Origin: Camelus dromedarius
Lineage: Eukaryota
Direction: 5' to 3'
NCBI RefSeq assembly: GCF_036321535.1
Contig: NC_087453.1
Coordinates: 14,818,001-14,882,000, forward strand
DNA: 64,000 nucleotides
The notes beneath the pieces are model-generated. The model was not told the DNA's origin. It ran no database searches and saw only the letters and a list, made by a program, of their open reading frames with translations. Made by a program: the position numbers and the translations under genes. Position 1 is the stretch's first letter. Every line of letters begins with the position of its first letter. This document shows positions 13,460 through 25,945 of the stretch, one piece after another.

Positions 13460-13632
13460 CCTGCTTTTGTAAATAGTTTCATTGAAACACAGCCAGACCC
13501 ATTCATCTGCATATTGTCCATGGCTTTTTCATGCTGCAGTGGCAAAATTGAATAGCTGCAACAGAGACCATGTGGCCTGCAAAGCCTAAAATATTTATTA
13601 TCTGGCCTTTTATAAAAATATTTGCCAACTCG
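13460..13632 (+). mobile_element. MER58A hAT-Charlie MITE
   Basis: ttttgtaaatagtttcattgaaacacagcc...acagagaccatgtggcctgcaaagcctaaaatatttattatctggcc...tttgccaac matches recalled consensus. Confidence 0.85.
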
Positions 13633-13712
13633 TATATGAAGAAGCTGATAGAATAATGTTTAAAATTGGGAGGGGAAATCTAATAGTATTGGCATGTTTT
13701 TTTAGAAATCTT

Positions 13713-13718
13713 GTTTGT

Positions 13719-13766
<48 letters not shown>

Positions 13767-14674
13767 GTACAGTTGACGTACAATATTATGTTGGTTTCAG
13801 GTGTATGCTTTGAAATTAGGGAGCATAATACCTTCACCTTTCTTCTTTCTCAAGATACCTTTGGATATTCAGGGTCTTCTGTGGTTTCATACATATTTTA
13901 GGATTGTTTGTTCAAGTTCTGTGAAAAATACCATTGGTATTTTGATAGGGGTTGCACTGAATCTATAAATTGCTTTGGATAGTCATTTCAACAATACTAA
14001 TTCTTCCATCCTGTGAGCACAGTATATCTTTCCATTTATTTATGTCATTTTCAGTTTCTTTCATGAATGTCTTATAGTTTCAGAGTACAGGTGTTTCAGT
14101 TCCTTCATTAAAGTTTTTCCTGGGTATTTTGCTCTTTTTGATGGCAGTTCTAAATGTTTTCTTAATTTCTTTTACTGATAGATCGTTATTAGTGTTTAGA
14201 AACACTACAAATTTCTGTATATTAATTTTATATCCTTCAATTTCACTGAATTTACTTACTAGTTCTAATGGGTTTTTGTTAGTGGCTATAGGGTTTTCTA
14301 TATATGGTATCATGTCCTCTGCAAATAGTGACAGTTTTACTTCTTTCCAGTTTGGATGCTTTTTATTTCTTTTTCTTGTCTGATTCCTGTGGCTAGGACT
14401 TGAGTACTATATTGAATAAAAGTGGCGAGAGTGGACACCCTTGTCTTGTTCCTGATTTTAGAGGAAATGCNNNNNNNNNNNNNNNNNNNNNNNNNNNNNN
14501 NNNNNNNNNNNNNNNNNNNNNNNNNNNNNNNNNNNNNNNNNNNNNNNNNNNNNNNNNNNNNNNNNNNNNNNNNNNNNNNNNNNNNNNNNNNNNNNNNNNN
14601 NNNNNNNNNNNNNNNNNNNNAGATCATCATAAGATTTTTATCCTTCGTTTTGTTAATGTGGTGTATCACTGATG
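13713..14674 (-). mobile_element. L1 with ORF2 RT fragment and large internal deletion
   Basis: Minus-strand translation gives [17 protein letters not shown] (FADD motif as FAED, 14311-14325) and GYKINIQK; candidate TSD tttagaaat(c/a)tt at 13701-13712 and 14675-14686. Confidence 0.88.
13718..13765. repeat. (TTTA)12 microsatellite, derived from the L1 poly(A) tail
   Basis: 12 perfect units counted. Confidence 0.95.
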
Positions 14675-17600
14675 TTTAGAAATATTTTGGGAAGTAGCAG
14701 AAGGAATAGCTAGAGATCAAAGGATTACCTCTTGGAAGAGTGAATCAGGAATGGGGAGGAGTAGAGTGAGGGGGATATTTTTTGTTTTAAGCTTTATATC
14801 ATTGAATTCTTAAGCCAACTACATGTATTTGAAAAAGTGTGAATAAAGAATGCTGAGAAATTTGATTGGACAAAAGAACAGAATAAACAGGAAAGGAAAA
14901 AAAGGTAGAGGCCACCAATTATGATGAAGAAAGCGGGAGCTCAAAGGCTTTTCTGTGAACACAGCTTTCCCATTTATTCACTCACTCTGTACACAGATAA
15001 TGGTTTATGAGTCCCAGTGTTGGGCACTGAGCTTGATACTGATAGGGTGACCTTGAGGAGGGACCTGAATGAAACAAGGAAAGACGAACTGCAAAGTGAT
15101 CCAAAGGCTGATGTGGCAGAGGATGGACCCCAACTACTGATGGAGGGGTTCATTGTCCTTAGGAGAGGGGCCACCTTCGTTCTCTGCCGCTGGCGGGAGT
15201 CCTACAGGACAGGCACCACTAATGGCTGCTCATGGTCACCGTGTGACAGACCCTGGATTCTCAGCCCTTCATGTGGTAGGTTAAAAAAAAAAAAAAAGGT
15301 AAAACTTTGTTTTATAGTTGAGGAAACAAAGTCTGGAAGAGGTTTTAGCTGGCTTATCATTTTGAGCCTGGATTTTCTCTCTGCTTTTTGGCCCTTCAGA
15401 CCCTTGCAGTTGCCCTCCTATGGACTGCTCCCAGCCCAGCAGAAGACATAGATAAATCTGTCCAGTTTGTGGAGGGTGGGTGGGAAGGTAGGGAGGTGAA
15501 AAGCTGGGGGCTATCTTGCCCATCAGACCCTCTTTGTGGTCAAGAATGTCTGTCAAGAGTCTTGGTAAGAGGTGGTTGGATGAGGGTCTGAGGGAGGTGG
15601 CATTCCCTCAGACCTCCTCATTCCCTTCTTGATTCATTTTTCTCAAATGAACTGTTATTCCCCGTGTCCCCTTCCTATTCCCCCTCTCAAGTCCCACCTG
15701 CGACAGTGTGGGACTGCCTTATTTGTGCCTGCTGTTGTGAGAGTGGTTCTTGGGAACCAGCTTCAGAGTTGAGGGTGGGCACAAATAGATGATAAAAATA
15801 ACATATTCATTGTGGAAATTTTGAGGTATATTTGATTTTTAAAGTTGCTTCCCACTTACTCTCTGTCCCAAAGTGCCTGATTAGAGTGGAAGGGACGGGA
15901 GTCCATTAAGAGAGCAGAGGTCCCCGTCCTTCCTGCTGTCAGTTGTGTCTCTGCTGTCCCTGTGAGTATAAAGGACCGTGGTAGCGGTCTGCTGTGTGTG
16001 CACTTGTCCGTGTTTTCATAAACACACTCTTGTAATGAAGTAGACCCCAGGTAGCAGAATTCTCCAGGTAGAGTAAATCTAAATAATTTCTGTAAATGAA
16101 TGGTGAAATAGTGTGTACCCAATGTTTTATTATTTTTAAGAATCCATAACGCAAGACTGAGGAGCTTGAATGAGGCACAGGCACCAGGGCCAACTTTATG
16201 AACTGGGGAGAAATAATACATTTCAGAATGCTCTTACAGAAACCTGGCACCCATTTTTCTTAATAGAAGCACCATTAGGTGGATGAGTGTAAGAAGGAAT
16301 GGGAATTTTTACATTGTTTGATTTTTATATTATTAGCAGCTAACCTTGTGAATTAAATGCTACTTTCAGACGTAAGCACTGAAATGCAGTGAGGCGAGTG
16401 GAGGCCTCCCAGTTTTCATGCAGTTCAGAAGCTGTACACTTTTCCTGTTTTTCATACACTTTTTTCCTCTGTTGACAAATCTCCTGGTTTGTCCACAGTT
16501 AGGAGTTTCAGAATACATGTTATGCTTCTGATTAAATTGTGGGGGTCTGTTTTAATTTGTACTTTATTGACCAAAAAGATCTATCTAATCACAACTCTTG
16601 AGTGACGATAACACAACAGCCTAGGGTGAAAAGCCTTTTCCAGTCTTGGGCAGAAGAGCCTGCTTTAGGGTGTGTTTCTTCAACCATTCTTGCTACATAA
16701 AATTTAGCCTTACAAAAAGGGTAGGTAGTTTTGTATTTTTTAAACATGTACCATCAAACAGGTAAAAAAGTAGAGGTAACTTAAGAGAGAGTGCTTTGTT
16801 AACTATTAGTACTGTTTGGAGAATTAAAAGTCAACAAATGCTTATTGAACAACCAACGATGTTGTTTGTGACATCTTTTATCTTGTGGGGTGGCAGCGTG
16901 CTGGTGTGTGGCACCATCGGGGTGCTGGAAATGATTTCACAATAACAACACGAGGTTGGCCAAAGACTGTTTCAGTGAACTGGAGCAGTGATTCCTACTG
17001 TGACATCCCGCAAACTCACTTGGATTTCACACACACATTGTCTCCCTCTCAGAGGATGGGGTGGGGTTATCTGTGCAGCATGAATATTGCTGAAGGTGCT
17101 GGTGGCAATATCTTGCATGTGAACAAGTTGTGGGGGAGCGTGAGATTTGGTTTAGAATCCTTCACCCAGTTCTTTTCCTCCAAGCCTTCTCTTTACTGAG
17201 TAATCAAATTCAAGCTGCACTGGGTCAGCCCCATCTCTTTCCAGTCTTCCCAGCTTGTGCTCATCTGCCTTCTCTGGTCTTACCAGGCCCTGTGAAGACA
17301 CAGGCCCAAGGAACAGTGGACCTGTGTGATCTCCGTGGCCAGCTCCAGAGCTGACACACTGCTATGACAGGCATTTTCACATGTAGCCCTCCTTATCCCT
17401 GTGCTTCCTCTCAGCTTTGTTTCCTACCGGCTTGTTTCCTTGGGATGCATGACTTGCAGACTAAAGGACTGCGGCAGCTTATAGATCTAGTGGCCCGTTG
17501 CCTGGGTGCTTCTGGGAAGCTTGAAACAAAGAAAAGTGCCATCAGCAAGGATCAGTTTGACCTACCCCCGCATTCCTGGCAGTGTTGGGCCCTGCCTATT

Positions 17601-19496
17601 TGCATGCTAGTTTGTGGTACTTAATTGGAAGTTGTGGTGTTTGATGTCTTTACTGCACTGAACTTACTTTTTTCTATATTAAAATAATTTTATTGGCATT
17701 GTACTTTCTTGGTATTTTGTAAATGATTTATTTTACTTTTTTGGGTAGAATTTTGAGTACACATGTCTGGTTATTGATAATATCCCTTTTTATTAGCTGG
17801 AATTTATTTTCCAAACTTCTTTCTTCAATTCAGAATTTGTGACAGTTTGTGATGGTTGAGAATGTTGGTTTTCTGGGGTTTGATAATTTGAAGCTGAGAG
17901 ATAAAGGCGGTAACCTTATGCTGATATAGTTCACTGGGAACTGACGTCACTATAATGAAGATTAAGGGGTAAAATTCTTTGAACTGCCCTGATGGGAGCC
18001 CGTACCTTGTCTTTTTCTCAGAAGTTTATGGTTTGCTTGAGGTGAATAATGGTTCCATCAAATGCCAATCCTCACAGTGATCCTCAGAGGCACCATTTAC
18101 TGACTTGACTTTCCATTTTCCTGATTTGGCCACTTCTCTGCCCTCCTCTCCTTCCCCCTTGGTCCAGGCCCTGCCTTATCCCACTTTGCAGCTTCTTCCT
18201 TCCTTGGATGCTATGCTCTTTGCAAGCAGAAATATCCTGGTAGCATTTTATGGTCCTTTTAATAGAAGATGCTTATGACTCTTGGAGGGAAAAAAAAACC
18301 CTAAATAGACAAACTTTAAACTGACAAACTGTAATTGTGTCCCCAGGGATGATTGGAATCACAAGTCCTTCATTTTTCTCAGTTGCATCAAACACACCAT
18401 GATCCCACTTAGATCCATCTCACTTTAATCTTAGAGTTCTGCTTAATGCCTACACATCACTTTCATTTGGATATGAGAAATAATTATGAGCATAAGGATA
18501 ATTGTGCCCTTCCAGGATGGTTTCCCGAGGGGTGGTGTTTTGTAGCTCTGTGGGATGTCCAGGAAATCAAAGTAAACAATAAAAATGAGGTGGTATCAAC
18601 ATTCAGGTTAGAGCTGGAAGCTGAGATTCTGTGATTCTTCCATTCTTTGTATATGAGGAAGGTGCGAGTAACGATTCAGGCAGCCCCAAATTTCAGGTTT
18701 CCTGGAACAGGGTTCTTATTGCTCCCTGGGATGCCGCAGTGCACTTCTAGACCTCTAAAGCCACTTGCTGGGCTCTTGTTGCTAAGGTGCTGAAAAGTCA
18801 CTTACAAGAAAGAATTCAATGTAGTCATGGGCGTTTTGGTTGGGGTAGGGATGGGGCTTAAGTTGTGGTTACAATAAAATCATTTTAAAAATCATGAGAG
18901 ATTGGATTGGGATTTATTTTGTCTAGTTGGAATGCACATGGTTTAAAACATTCAAGTAATGTAGGAGAGTGTATGATGAAATGCAAGACTGCCCTGTCCT
19001 GTCTCATACCAACTCCTCTCTCCTTTAAGAGAAGTCTTTTAGCTCTCTCTTTTTTTATTGTGTGTATTTCTATTTCTTGATTTATCAATTGTAGGCATTA
19101 TTTATTGATTTTCTTCCAAAAGAAATGAGGGCTTCGCTTATTTCCATCCCTTCTCCGCTCCTCTCAACAGAGTCATGTCATTATTTTTGCCTCTTCTTTT
19201 TGTTTCCCTTGCAATTTAATATGCCAGCATCTTTTATAACTTGTTTTATCTACAAAGACAGTATCTTTCTGACTTCACCCTCTCTGGGGCAATAAATTAG
19301 GGTTTGGGATAGGACTAGATAGGGCTAGAGCTTAGGACTCTGGCTGTTGTTGGGCTTGAAGACTACTGATTATAAATGTCCTGTAGAGTAGTCCTCTAGT
19401 CCGTGTTTTCCTTACGTATCACAGCTAACCCTGAGATAAGCTAAAATGTTGTATTTTGGATTTTACCATAATCTTTGCCTTTTTTATATTTTACAG

Positions 19497-19553
19497 AAAT
19501 AAAATAATTGCCTTCAATAGATGATAATGAAAATACAGAAGAAAGAGAAGCAG
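19497..19553 (+). CDS. CHD6: CHD6 exon 2 (24 nt 5'UTR + first coding part 19521-19553, MIMKIQKKEKQ)
   Basis: Acceptor ttttacag ends 19496; ATG at 19521 preceded by in-frame TAA and TAG; donor CAG|gtaagt at 19554; human N-terminus recalled as MKMKIQKKEKQ. Confidence 0.93.
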
Positions 19554-19609
19554 GTAAGTGATCACATATCTTTTACGTGAATACATCCAGCATACACTGG
19601 TGCTTTTTT

Positions 19610-19817
19610 TTTTTTTTGTCTTAAAATTTTTTTTAATTGAAATGTAATTGATTTACAGTGTTGTGTTAGTTTTAGGTGTACAGCAAAGTGATTGAGTTAT
19701 AAATATATACATCTTTCTCAGATTCTTTTCCATTATAGATTATTACAAGATATTGAATATAGTTCCCTGTGCTATATATACAGTAGGTCCTTATTGTTTA
19801 TTTTATATATAGTAGTC
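19610..19817 (-). mobile_element. Short L1 3'UTR insertion with 17-bp TSD
   Basis: TSD tac(a/g)ctggtgctttttt at 19593-19609 and 19818-19834; poly-T tail; L1 3'UTR text ttcttttccattatagattattacaagatattgaatatagttccctgtgctata. Confidence 0.85.
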
Positions 19818-20557
19818 TACGCTGGTGCTTTTTTAACAAGGAGAGATGCTGGCAGTTTTGACTTACCTCTTAGCCTCTGGTGATTTCGCATTCTCCACGT
19901 GATAACTGAGAGCTCTGTTCTGAATGACTTAATACTTGGATTTTTACTATGCACAGGTCAGCTTCATATAGGAATAAATAATGAAGACTAAATCAGAATG
20001 TTACTCAGAATTGTCTATATAGAAGAGAAATGTTTCCTCCCCAGAGCAGCTTTCCAGCTTTTTATAGAGAAGTGATCACTGCTTTATAGTTTTCATAGTT
20101 ATCATTTTGGATGTTTGATTAAACTAGAAACATTCTCTTATAGAATTCTTAGTTATCATGATCTGTGAAAGTTTTCATCTACAGAAAATAGTGAACTAAT
20201 TGGAAGGATGTGAACATCAACTAAATGGCACTTGGTTTCCTGAAGGGGAGGGGGAACTGATAAAAACATTTGGCCTGTGTGGCCCATCCTGCCAAAATCT
20301 GTAAGATTTATAAGTCAATATTAAAATAAATAATATTGTAAGTAAATAGAACTTTTAACTAAAATATTACATAGTAGTTATATATTACATGGTAGTTCTT
20401 TCAGCTCATGTTATTACCACCATCCAATATATCACTAGCTGAGTCAGGCACAAAATGATATTTTTAAAAAAAAAATAAGCTGCTAAATTTTAAATTCTAT
20501 GAATGAAGTGACTTTGAGTCTGTTTATATGTAGAAAACATTGAAATAAAGATGAGGA

Positions 20558-20646
20558 TTTTTTTTTTTAATGGAGGTACTAGGAATTGAACCCAAAACTT
20601 CATGCATGCTAAGCATACCGCTCTATCACTGCGCTGTACCCCTCCC
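20558..20646 (-). mobile_element. tRNA-Ala-derived SINE (Vic-1-like)
   Basis: Reverse complement carries diverged A box, gcttagcatgc anticodon arm and B box gggttcaattcc; poly-T tail. Confidence 0.85.
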
Positions 20647-20658
20647 TACCCGAGTACT

Positions 20659-20962
20659 CTTTTTTTAACCTTAAAAAATTTTTTTTATTGAGATACAGTT
20701 AATTTACAATATTATATTAGTTGCAGGTATATAACAGTGATTCAAAATTTTATAGATCATACTCCATTATAATTATTATAAATTATTGGCAGTATACCCT
20801 GTGATGTACAATATATCCTTGTAATAGATTTATTTTATACATAGTAGGTTGTTATCTCGGAAGCCCCTACCCTATATTGCCCCTCCTCGCTTCCCTTTCC
20901 CCCCAGTAACCACTAATTTGTTCTCTATATCTGTGAGTCTGTTTCTGTTTTGTTATATTCAC
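20659..20962 (-). mobile_element. L1 3'UTR fragment
   Basis: ttttattgagatacagttaatttacaatattatattagtt...cagtaaccactaatttgttctctatatctgtgagtctgtttctg. Confidence 0.85.
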
Positions 20963-21807
20963 AAGATGAGTACTTTCAAACAGTAAATAGAATTGCCTCA
21001 TCTGCTGTCCTGACCAAAGGATTTGGGGAAGCTCTGATGACAAGGCCTTTGGGGCAACATTAAAGTGGCAATGAAAGATCTGGGATCTGTGGCATTTGAC
21101 AAGTGTCCAAGTGACTATGGAAAATTGCCTTCCTCTGTCTAACTTTGATCCACTCTTGGGAAAACTAGCCCAAAGCTAGTATTCTGAGTATTATGAAAAA
21201 AAGCAGAAGTAACATCAGTGAGCTTCTTTTCACTTTTGACATGGTTTATAGTTTTCTTATTAACTCACTGGTTCCTCAGCCCATCCCTTTACTACTGATC
21301 TGGTTTTGGATAAATTTTGCAAGTTTGGGGAAATCACATAATACTCAATGACCAAGTATCAAAAGTTCTCACTTTGTGAGGAAAAAGGAAATATAGTGCC
21401 CACTGCTATTAAAATGTGTTTTTAGGTTGTTGGTTGTAGGTCTTCTGGTAGCTGCCAAGTCTACATTTGATGTTCATTGATCCTCATCTTGGGATCCTTC
21501 TGGGTAAAATTGAAAAGTCGTTGAGATCACTCATTTAATCTTATTTGTTCTTCTAGATTGTTTGATTCTCCGTGTATTCTCTTATTCTGATCTGGGGAAC
21601 AAATGGATTTATAAAGAAACGAAGAAAAATTAATGAGTTAAAGGTTTTCTGGGGAAAGATTAGGGAGATACAGTGGCATTGGGGAACAGATTATGGAAAT
21701 AAAGTAGAGGTGGTTAGAGGTTCTTGGTAATTTTTAGCTCTAAGTTTGGTGTAGCCAGAACATGAGGCAGTATCTTGAAGTGGTCTAGACCAGTGGCTCT
21801 CAAAACC

Positions 21808-22022
21808 AGGAGTCACACCTGGGTTCACATCTAAACTCTAATAACTCACTAGCTGTGTGACTTTGGGTGAATTATTTAACCTCTCTGAGCTTCTACTCTA
21901 AAATGGAGTCATAATTGGAACCATAATACACTTTGTCTTAGAGTTGTTTTGAGACATAATCCATTTAAGAAACTAGTACGTTGCCTAATACTCAGCCCTT
22001 AATAAAATCCAGTATTATCATT
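21808..22022 (+). mobile_element. MIR SINE
   Basis: gggttcacatc...cactagctgtgtgactttgggtgaattatttaacctctctgagc. Confidence 0.75.
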
Positions 22023-23404
22023 GCTGACATCTATTTTATTTATTTTTTTCTAGTGGGAAGATAACCTAGGCCCCTTCTTGTAGAGATTAAGAAGTCAGAT
22101 GACAACTTTGTAAATAAGTAGATAACCAAAATAATGCTTTCTGGAATATTAAACATGCTAGAATAAAGTAGTGATTAGATTAAAAAGTAATACATAATAA
22201 TATTGATAAAAGTTAACATACATTAAATACTTACTGGGTGCCACCCCCTGTTTTAAACAGTGACCTGTATGATACATTTAATCCTTACCACTATCCTAAA
22301 AGAGGTATAATTATTATAAAGGGAAGCTGAGGCAAAGAGCTAGGTAGTAATGGGGAGAGGCGGGATATTTTAGACCACACGGTCAGAAAAGACTTCACTG
22401 GGAGGTGACATTTAAGCAGGAGCGGAAGTGTACATTTCCTGTGTATCTTTAAAATCTATGATTCCCTTTCTACTCCCCCCCCCCAAATCCATCCTCTCCC
22501 GACCCCCCCCATTTGGTGAAAGCTACCATGTCATTCACTGTCCTTGTAGCTACCTTCTAACTAGACTGGCCTTCCTCGCAGCCAGAGTGCTGTGACACAA
22601 ACTGAAAGGGACAGACACATGGGCTAGAAATCTATTTTATCTTTTCAAATATCAAAACAATTCTGAGTCCTCAGAGCAGCAGTGACTGTAAGGTTGAGAT
22701 ATATGAAAAGCACCATTCCCTACCCACAAATACAGTGTTCCCGACTCCAGGCCACAGTCTGGCTGGGCCTTTGTGTGTGGCAATGGTATTAGCCTGTGTT
22801 TGGTTAAGTTCTGAGCTCAGGGTTCTGGTAACCCAAGACTACAGTGAAATTACAGGTGGGCCAGGAAGGAGGAGGTAGGAAAATAGTCTTACTCTCTTTG
22901 TAAGTATTTGTTGATCTACTTGGCCTAGAAGATATCACAAAAAAACTCTAGAAGAGGTCTCTCCTAGCGTTGGTTGGATGGAACAGACATCATTCCACTT
23001 TAGCCGATTAAAAAAATGAATCAATTTGAGCTTTTGGTTTGCCCAAAGCCATAGTTATTTGGAAATAAAACTTGTAGTTTCTAGAAGCAACACTTGTTAA
23101 CAAATAGGCACTTATTAAGTATTACTGTCCTTCTCTCCTCTTAACTCTTTCCTGTCAGCATCTAAATTTAATAAACTACTTGCCCCAGTTTCTTTACTTT
23201 AGGTTTAGGTTGACTTTGCCTAAAGATTTAGAGAAGTCACATTTCTAAGACTTAAAAAATCACAGGAGAATAACCTACCACCACCCCACCCTCTGTTTTA
23301 AATGCTAAAATATGAAAATAGGGTGAGGACTAGGAATGGAAGATTCAAGGACTTTGGGAAGAGGCATTTTGCAGAAGTTACATTGCCAAGTCTGTTGATC
23401 ACAC

Positions 23405-23990
23405 TCTGTAGTCCTTAACTTCTCAGTAGCATTTGACACCCATGATCATTCTGTCTTAGAATGCTCTCATCCTTGGGCTTTTGTGATGCCACACTTTCTT
23501 TTCCCACCTGCATCACTGACCTGATGGCTCCTTCTCACCCTCTCTGTAGGTTCTTCCCCCCTCTGGGGACCTTAAGTATTAGTGTTCCTCAGGTTAGGTC
23601 CTGTTTCCTCTTCTCTGTCTATTTTTTTCTGGGCAGCCTAATTTATTCTTGTAGATACTTCCCTTGGAAAGTATATCCAAGAGCCTCTTGGACACCTGTA
23701 CTTGCATCTACCTTAGATACTTAAGGTACCTACCTGACCTTAGGTAACCTGAAACTGAACTCCTCTTCTCCTGCTGCTTACCAGCTGTGACCAGGTGGAT
23801 CAAAGTACCTGCTTTATCACCAAAAGCACAAGACTCCTGGGTGAAGAGGGATTGAATATGCTGAATGCAGGAGAAACCTAAAGAACACAGAAAGGACACA
23901 CACACTGACATTGTTCCTGTGCCTCCTCAGATGGGTCTTGCTCACTCAGCACAAATCTGTTTGCCAAATGAATGAGTCCCAGTGCAGCTG
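23405..23990 (+). mobile_element. L2 fragment including RT remnant and 3' tail
   Basis: cttaacttctcagtagcatttgacacccatgatcat reads LNFSVAFDTHDH (cf. LDLSAAFDTVDH); agtgttcctcag reads SVPQ; ends ...aaatgaatgag. Confidence 0.75.
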
Positions 23991-24959
23991 CAGTGTAATA
24001 AGGGCAAGGGTATGTGGGGTTTTCTGTCTTCAGTATATTCCGCAGTCAGCTAACTGTAAGAAATACTCTTTCAGAAGAAAGAGAAGGTGAAAAAATAAGG
24101 CAATCCTAATTTTAATTGGAAAATAACTTTGCCACCTGAAACGTCCACAGACCAACTCATAGTAGCAATTACTTCTTACTTTGTATTTTCAGTATCATTA
24201 TTTGAACTTTTAAAAAAAGATAGGTCTCAGACTGAGATGAGCTTTTTGACTCATTTTTATGTTTAGCTAATTTCTTGATCCTAAGCAAGTCTAAACATAG
24301 ACTCCTTTCCTCTCCCTGCTGAAGGAGGTGAAAGGCTCTGAGGCAGACCAGCCGCAGGGGCTCTCCGGGCTACTCACCGCTGGGCTGAAGTTGGGGGAAG
24401 CACTGGGTGAAGGGTGTGCAGGGGCCCTCCCAGCCCGAGTGCGAAGTGTACTCTCTGCCCTGCACTCAGTCAGGTGTGATCATGGCCTCTCATATGCTGC
24501 CTTTGATTCCTGAATCCCGATAATTTGAAGGAGCATGAATTGTCTAAAAAATAATTTTTCCTGTTCGTTATTAAAGTCTTTAAAATTTTTTCTATTACAT
24601 CTATGTGAAAGTTTTTTTATTACAAGTATCATGAAAGTAATATTCCCATTATTGAAAATTTAGATGTCTATTTAATAAAAAAAATTTGAGCAGCCTCAAA
24701 TGATCATTAACCTTTTATTTTCTTCCATTCCTTTTTCTGCACACAGGTCTTTGTTCTCATTTTTGTTCACATGTATAGTTCTGTAGACTTTTCAAATTGA
24801 AAATATTCATTTCATGCAATAACCGTAAGAGTTACTGAGTTTTACTATAAACTACAGAGTTATTGGAGAATACCACAGAGTCACTGCCTCATGAAGCTTA
24901 CCTTCTAATCATGGGAAACAGGTAAAAACAAATAATAACTTTGAGAAAGTTTTGAAAAA

Positions 24960-25460
24960 AAGAAGTGAAAGTTACCCACAGTTTTATCTCCTAGACATAA
25001 TTATGGTTAATATCTGGTATGTCTCCTAAATTTATTCTAAAAAGCTAATGTTAATGTAACATTTTTTAAAAAAAACAAAAATGAGATTAGATCATAGGTT
25101 TTCTTTTTTTTACTTTCCAACATGTTGTGGACACTTTAAAATGACAACTAAAACTTTGTGTAATAATGGCTGTGTAGTATTATTCTATATGATGGATATA
25201 CTATTAATTTAAGCATTTCCTAAAGATTGACAAATAGGATATTTATAGTTTTTTTCTCTATTAAACAATTCTGTTTCAGATATTCTTCTACATAAACCTT
25301 TGGAGTATCTAAATGTCTCTTTCGTTTATGTTCTAAAAGAGAAATTGCTCACTTTAAAAGCATATCCACAATTAAAATTTTGGTATTATTGCTACACTGC
25401 CCTGCAAAATGGCTCAATAGTTGACGCTCCTGCCAGCAACATATGAGAGGGTCCTTTTCA
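24960..25460 (-). mobile_element. Old L1ME-type fragment
   Basis: taatggctgtgtagtattattctatatgatggatata...ctcctgccagcaacatatgagag; boundaries approximate. Confidence 0.6.
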
Positions 25461-25474
25461 GTATTTTCATATAT

Positions 25475-25815
25475 TGAATTTTTTAAAGTTGAGCTATAAT
25501 TCACATACCTTAAAATCCATACTTTTAAACTGTGCGATTCAGTGGTTTTAGTATATTCACAAGTTTTTGTAAAGATCACCACTATCTGGTTCCAGACCAT
25601 TTTCATCACCCCCAAAAGAACCTTATGCCCCTCAGCAGACACTCTGTTTTTTTCTTCCTCAGCCCCTGGCAACCACTACCCTACTTTTTGTCTGTGTGGA
25701 TTTGCCAATTTTGGGCATTTTATATAAATGGAATTATTCAATATGTGGTCTTTTGTGCCTGGCTTCTTTCACCTAGCATAATTTTTTCAAGGTCTGTGCA
25801 TTTTGTAGCATGCAT
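25475..25815 (-). mobile_element. L1MB-type 3' end
   Basis: gagctataattcacatacc...cagcccctggcaaccactaccctactttttgtctgtgtggatttgcc...ggcttctttcacctagcata. Confidence 0.8.
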
Positions 25816-25945
25816 GATTTTCTTAGAGTCTATTTTGACTTTGAAGTACCTGAGTGACTCTTAGGGGGATAATTCAGGTTTGTCCTTGGAGCTCTGTTTG
25901 GGAACCATTGACCTAGGCTGTAATCTTCCCATTAGTTCTTTTAAA

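Larger units (their letters stand above)
12490..14840 (+). mobile_element. HAL1-like (L1 ORF1-related) element interrupted by MER58A and a younger L1
   Basis: Decayed ORF1-like A-rich sequence 12490-13050, HAL1-like central part, and 3' part resuming after 14690; boundaries approximate. Confidence 0.55.

Noticed and set aside
15017-15451. 144-aa ORF in intron 1
   Set aside because: Begins at TTG/GTG-type start in L2-like sequence, runs through a poly-A tract, no recognisable domain.
18022-18041. 20-nt microexon candidate (ctttttctcag ... gag|gtgaat) in intron 1
   Set aside because: Such site pairs are frequent in long introns, and nothing else supports it.
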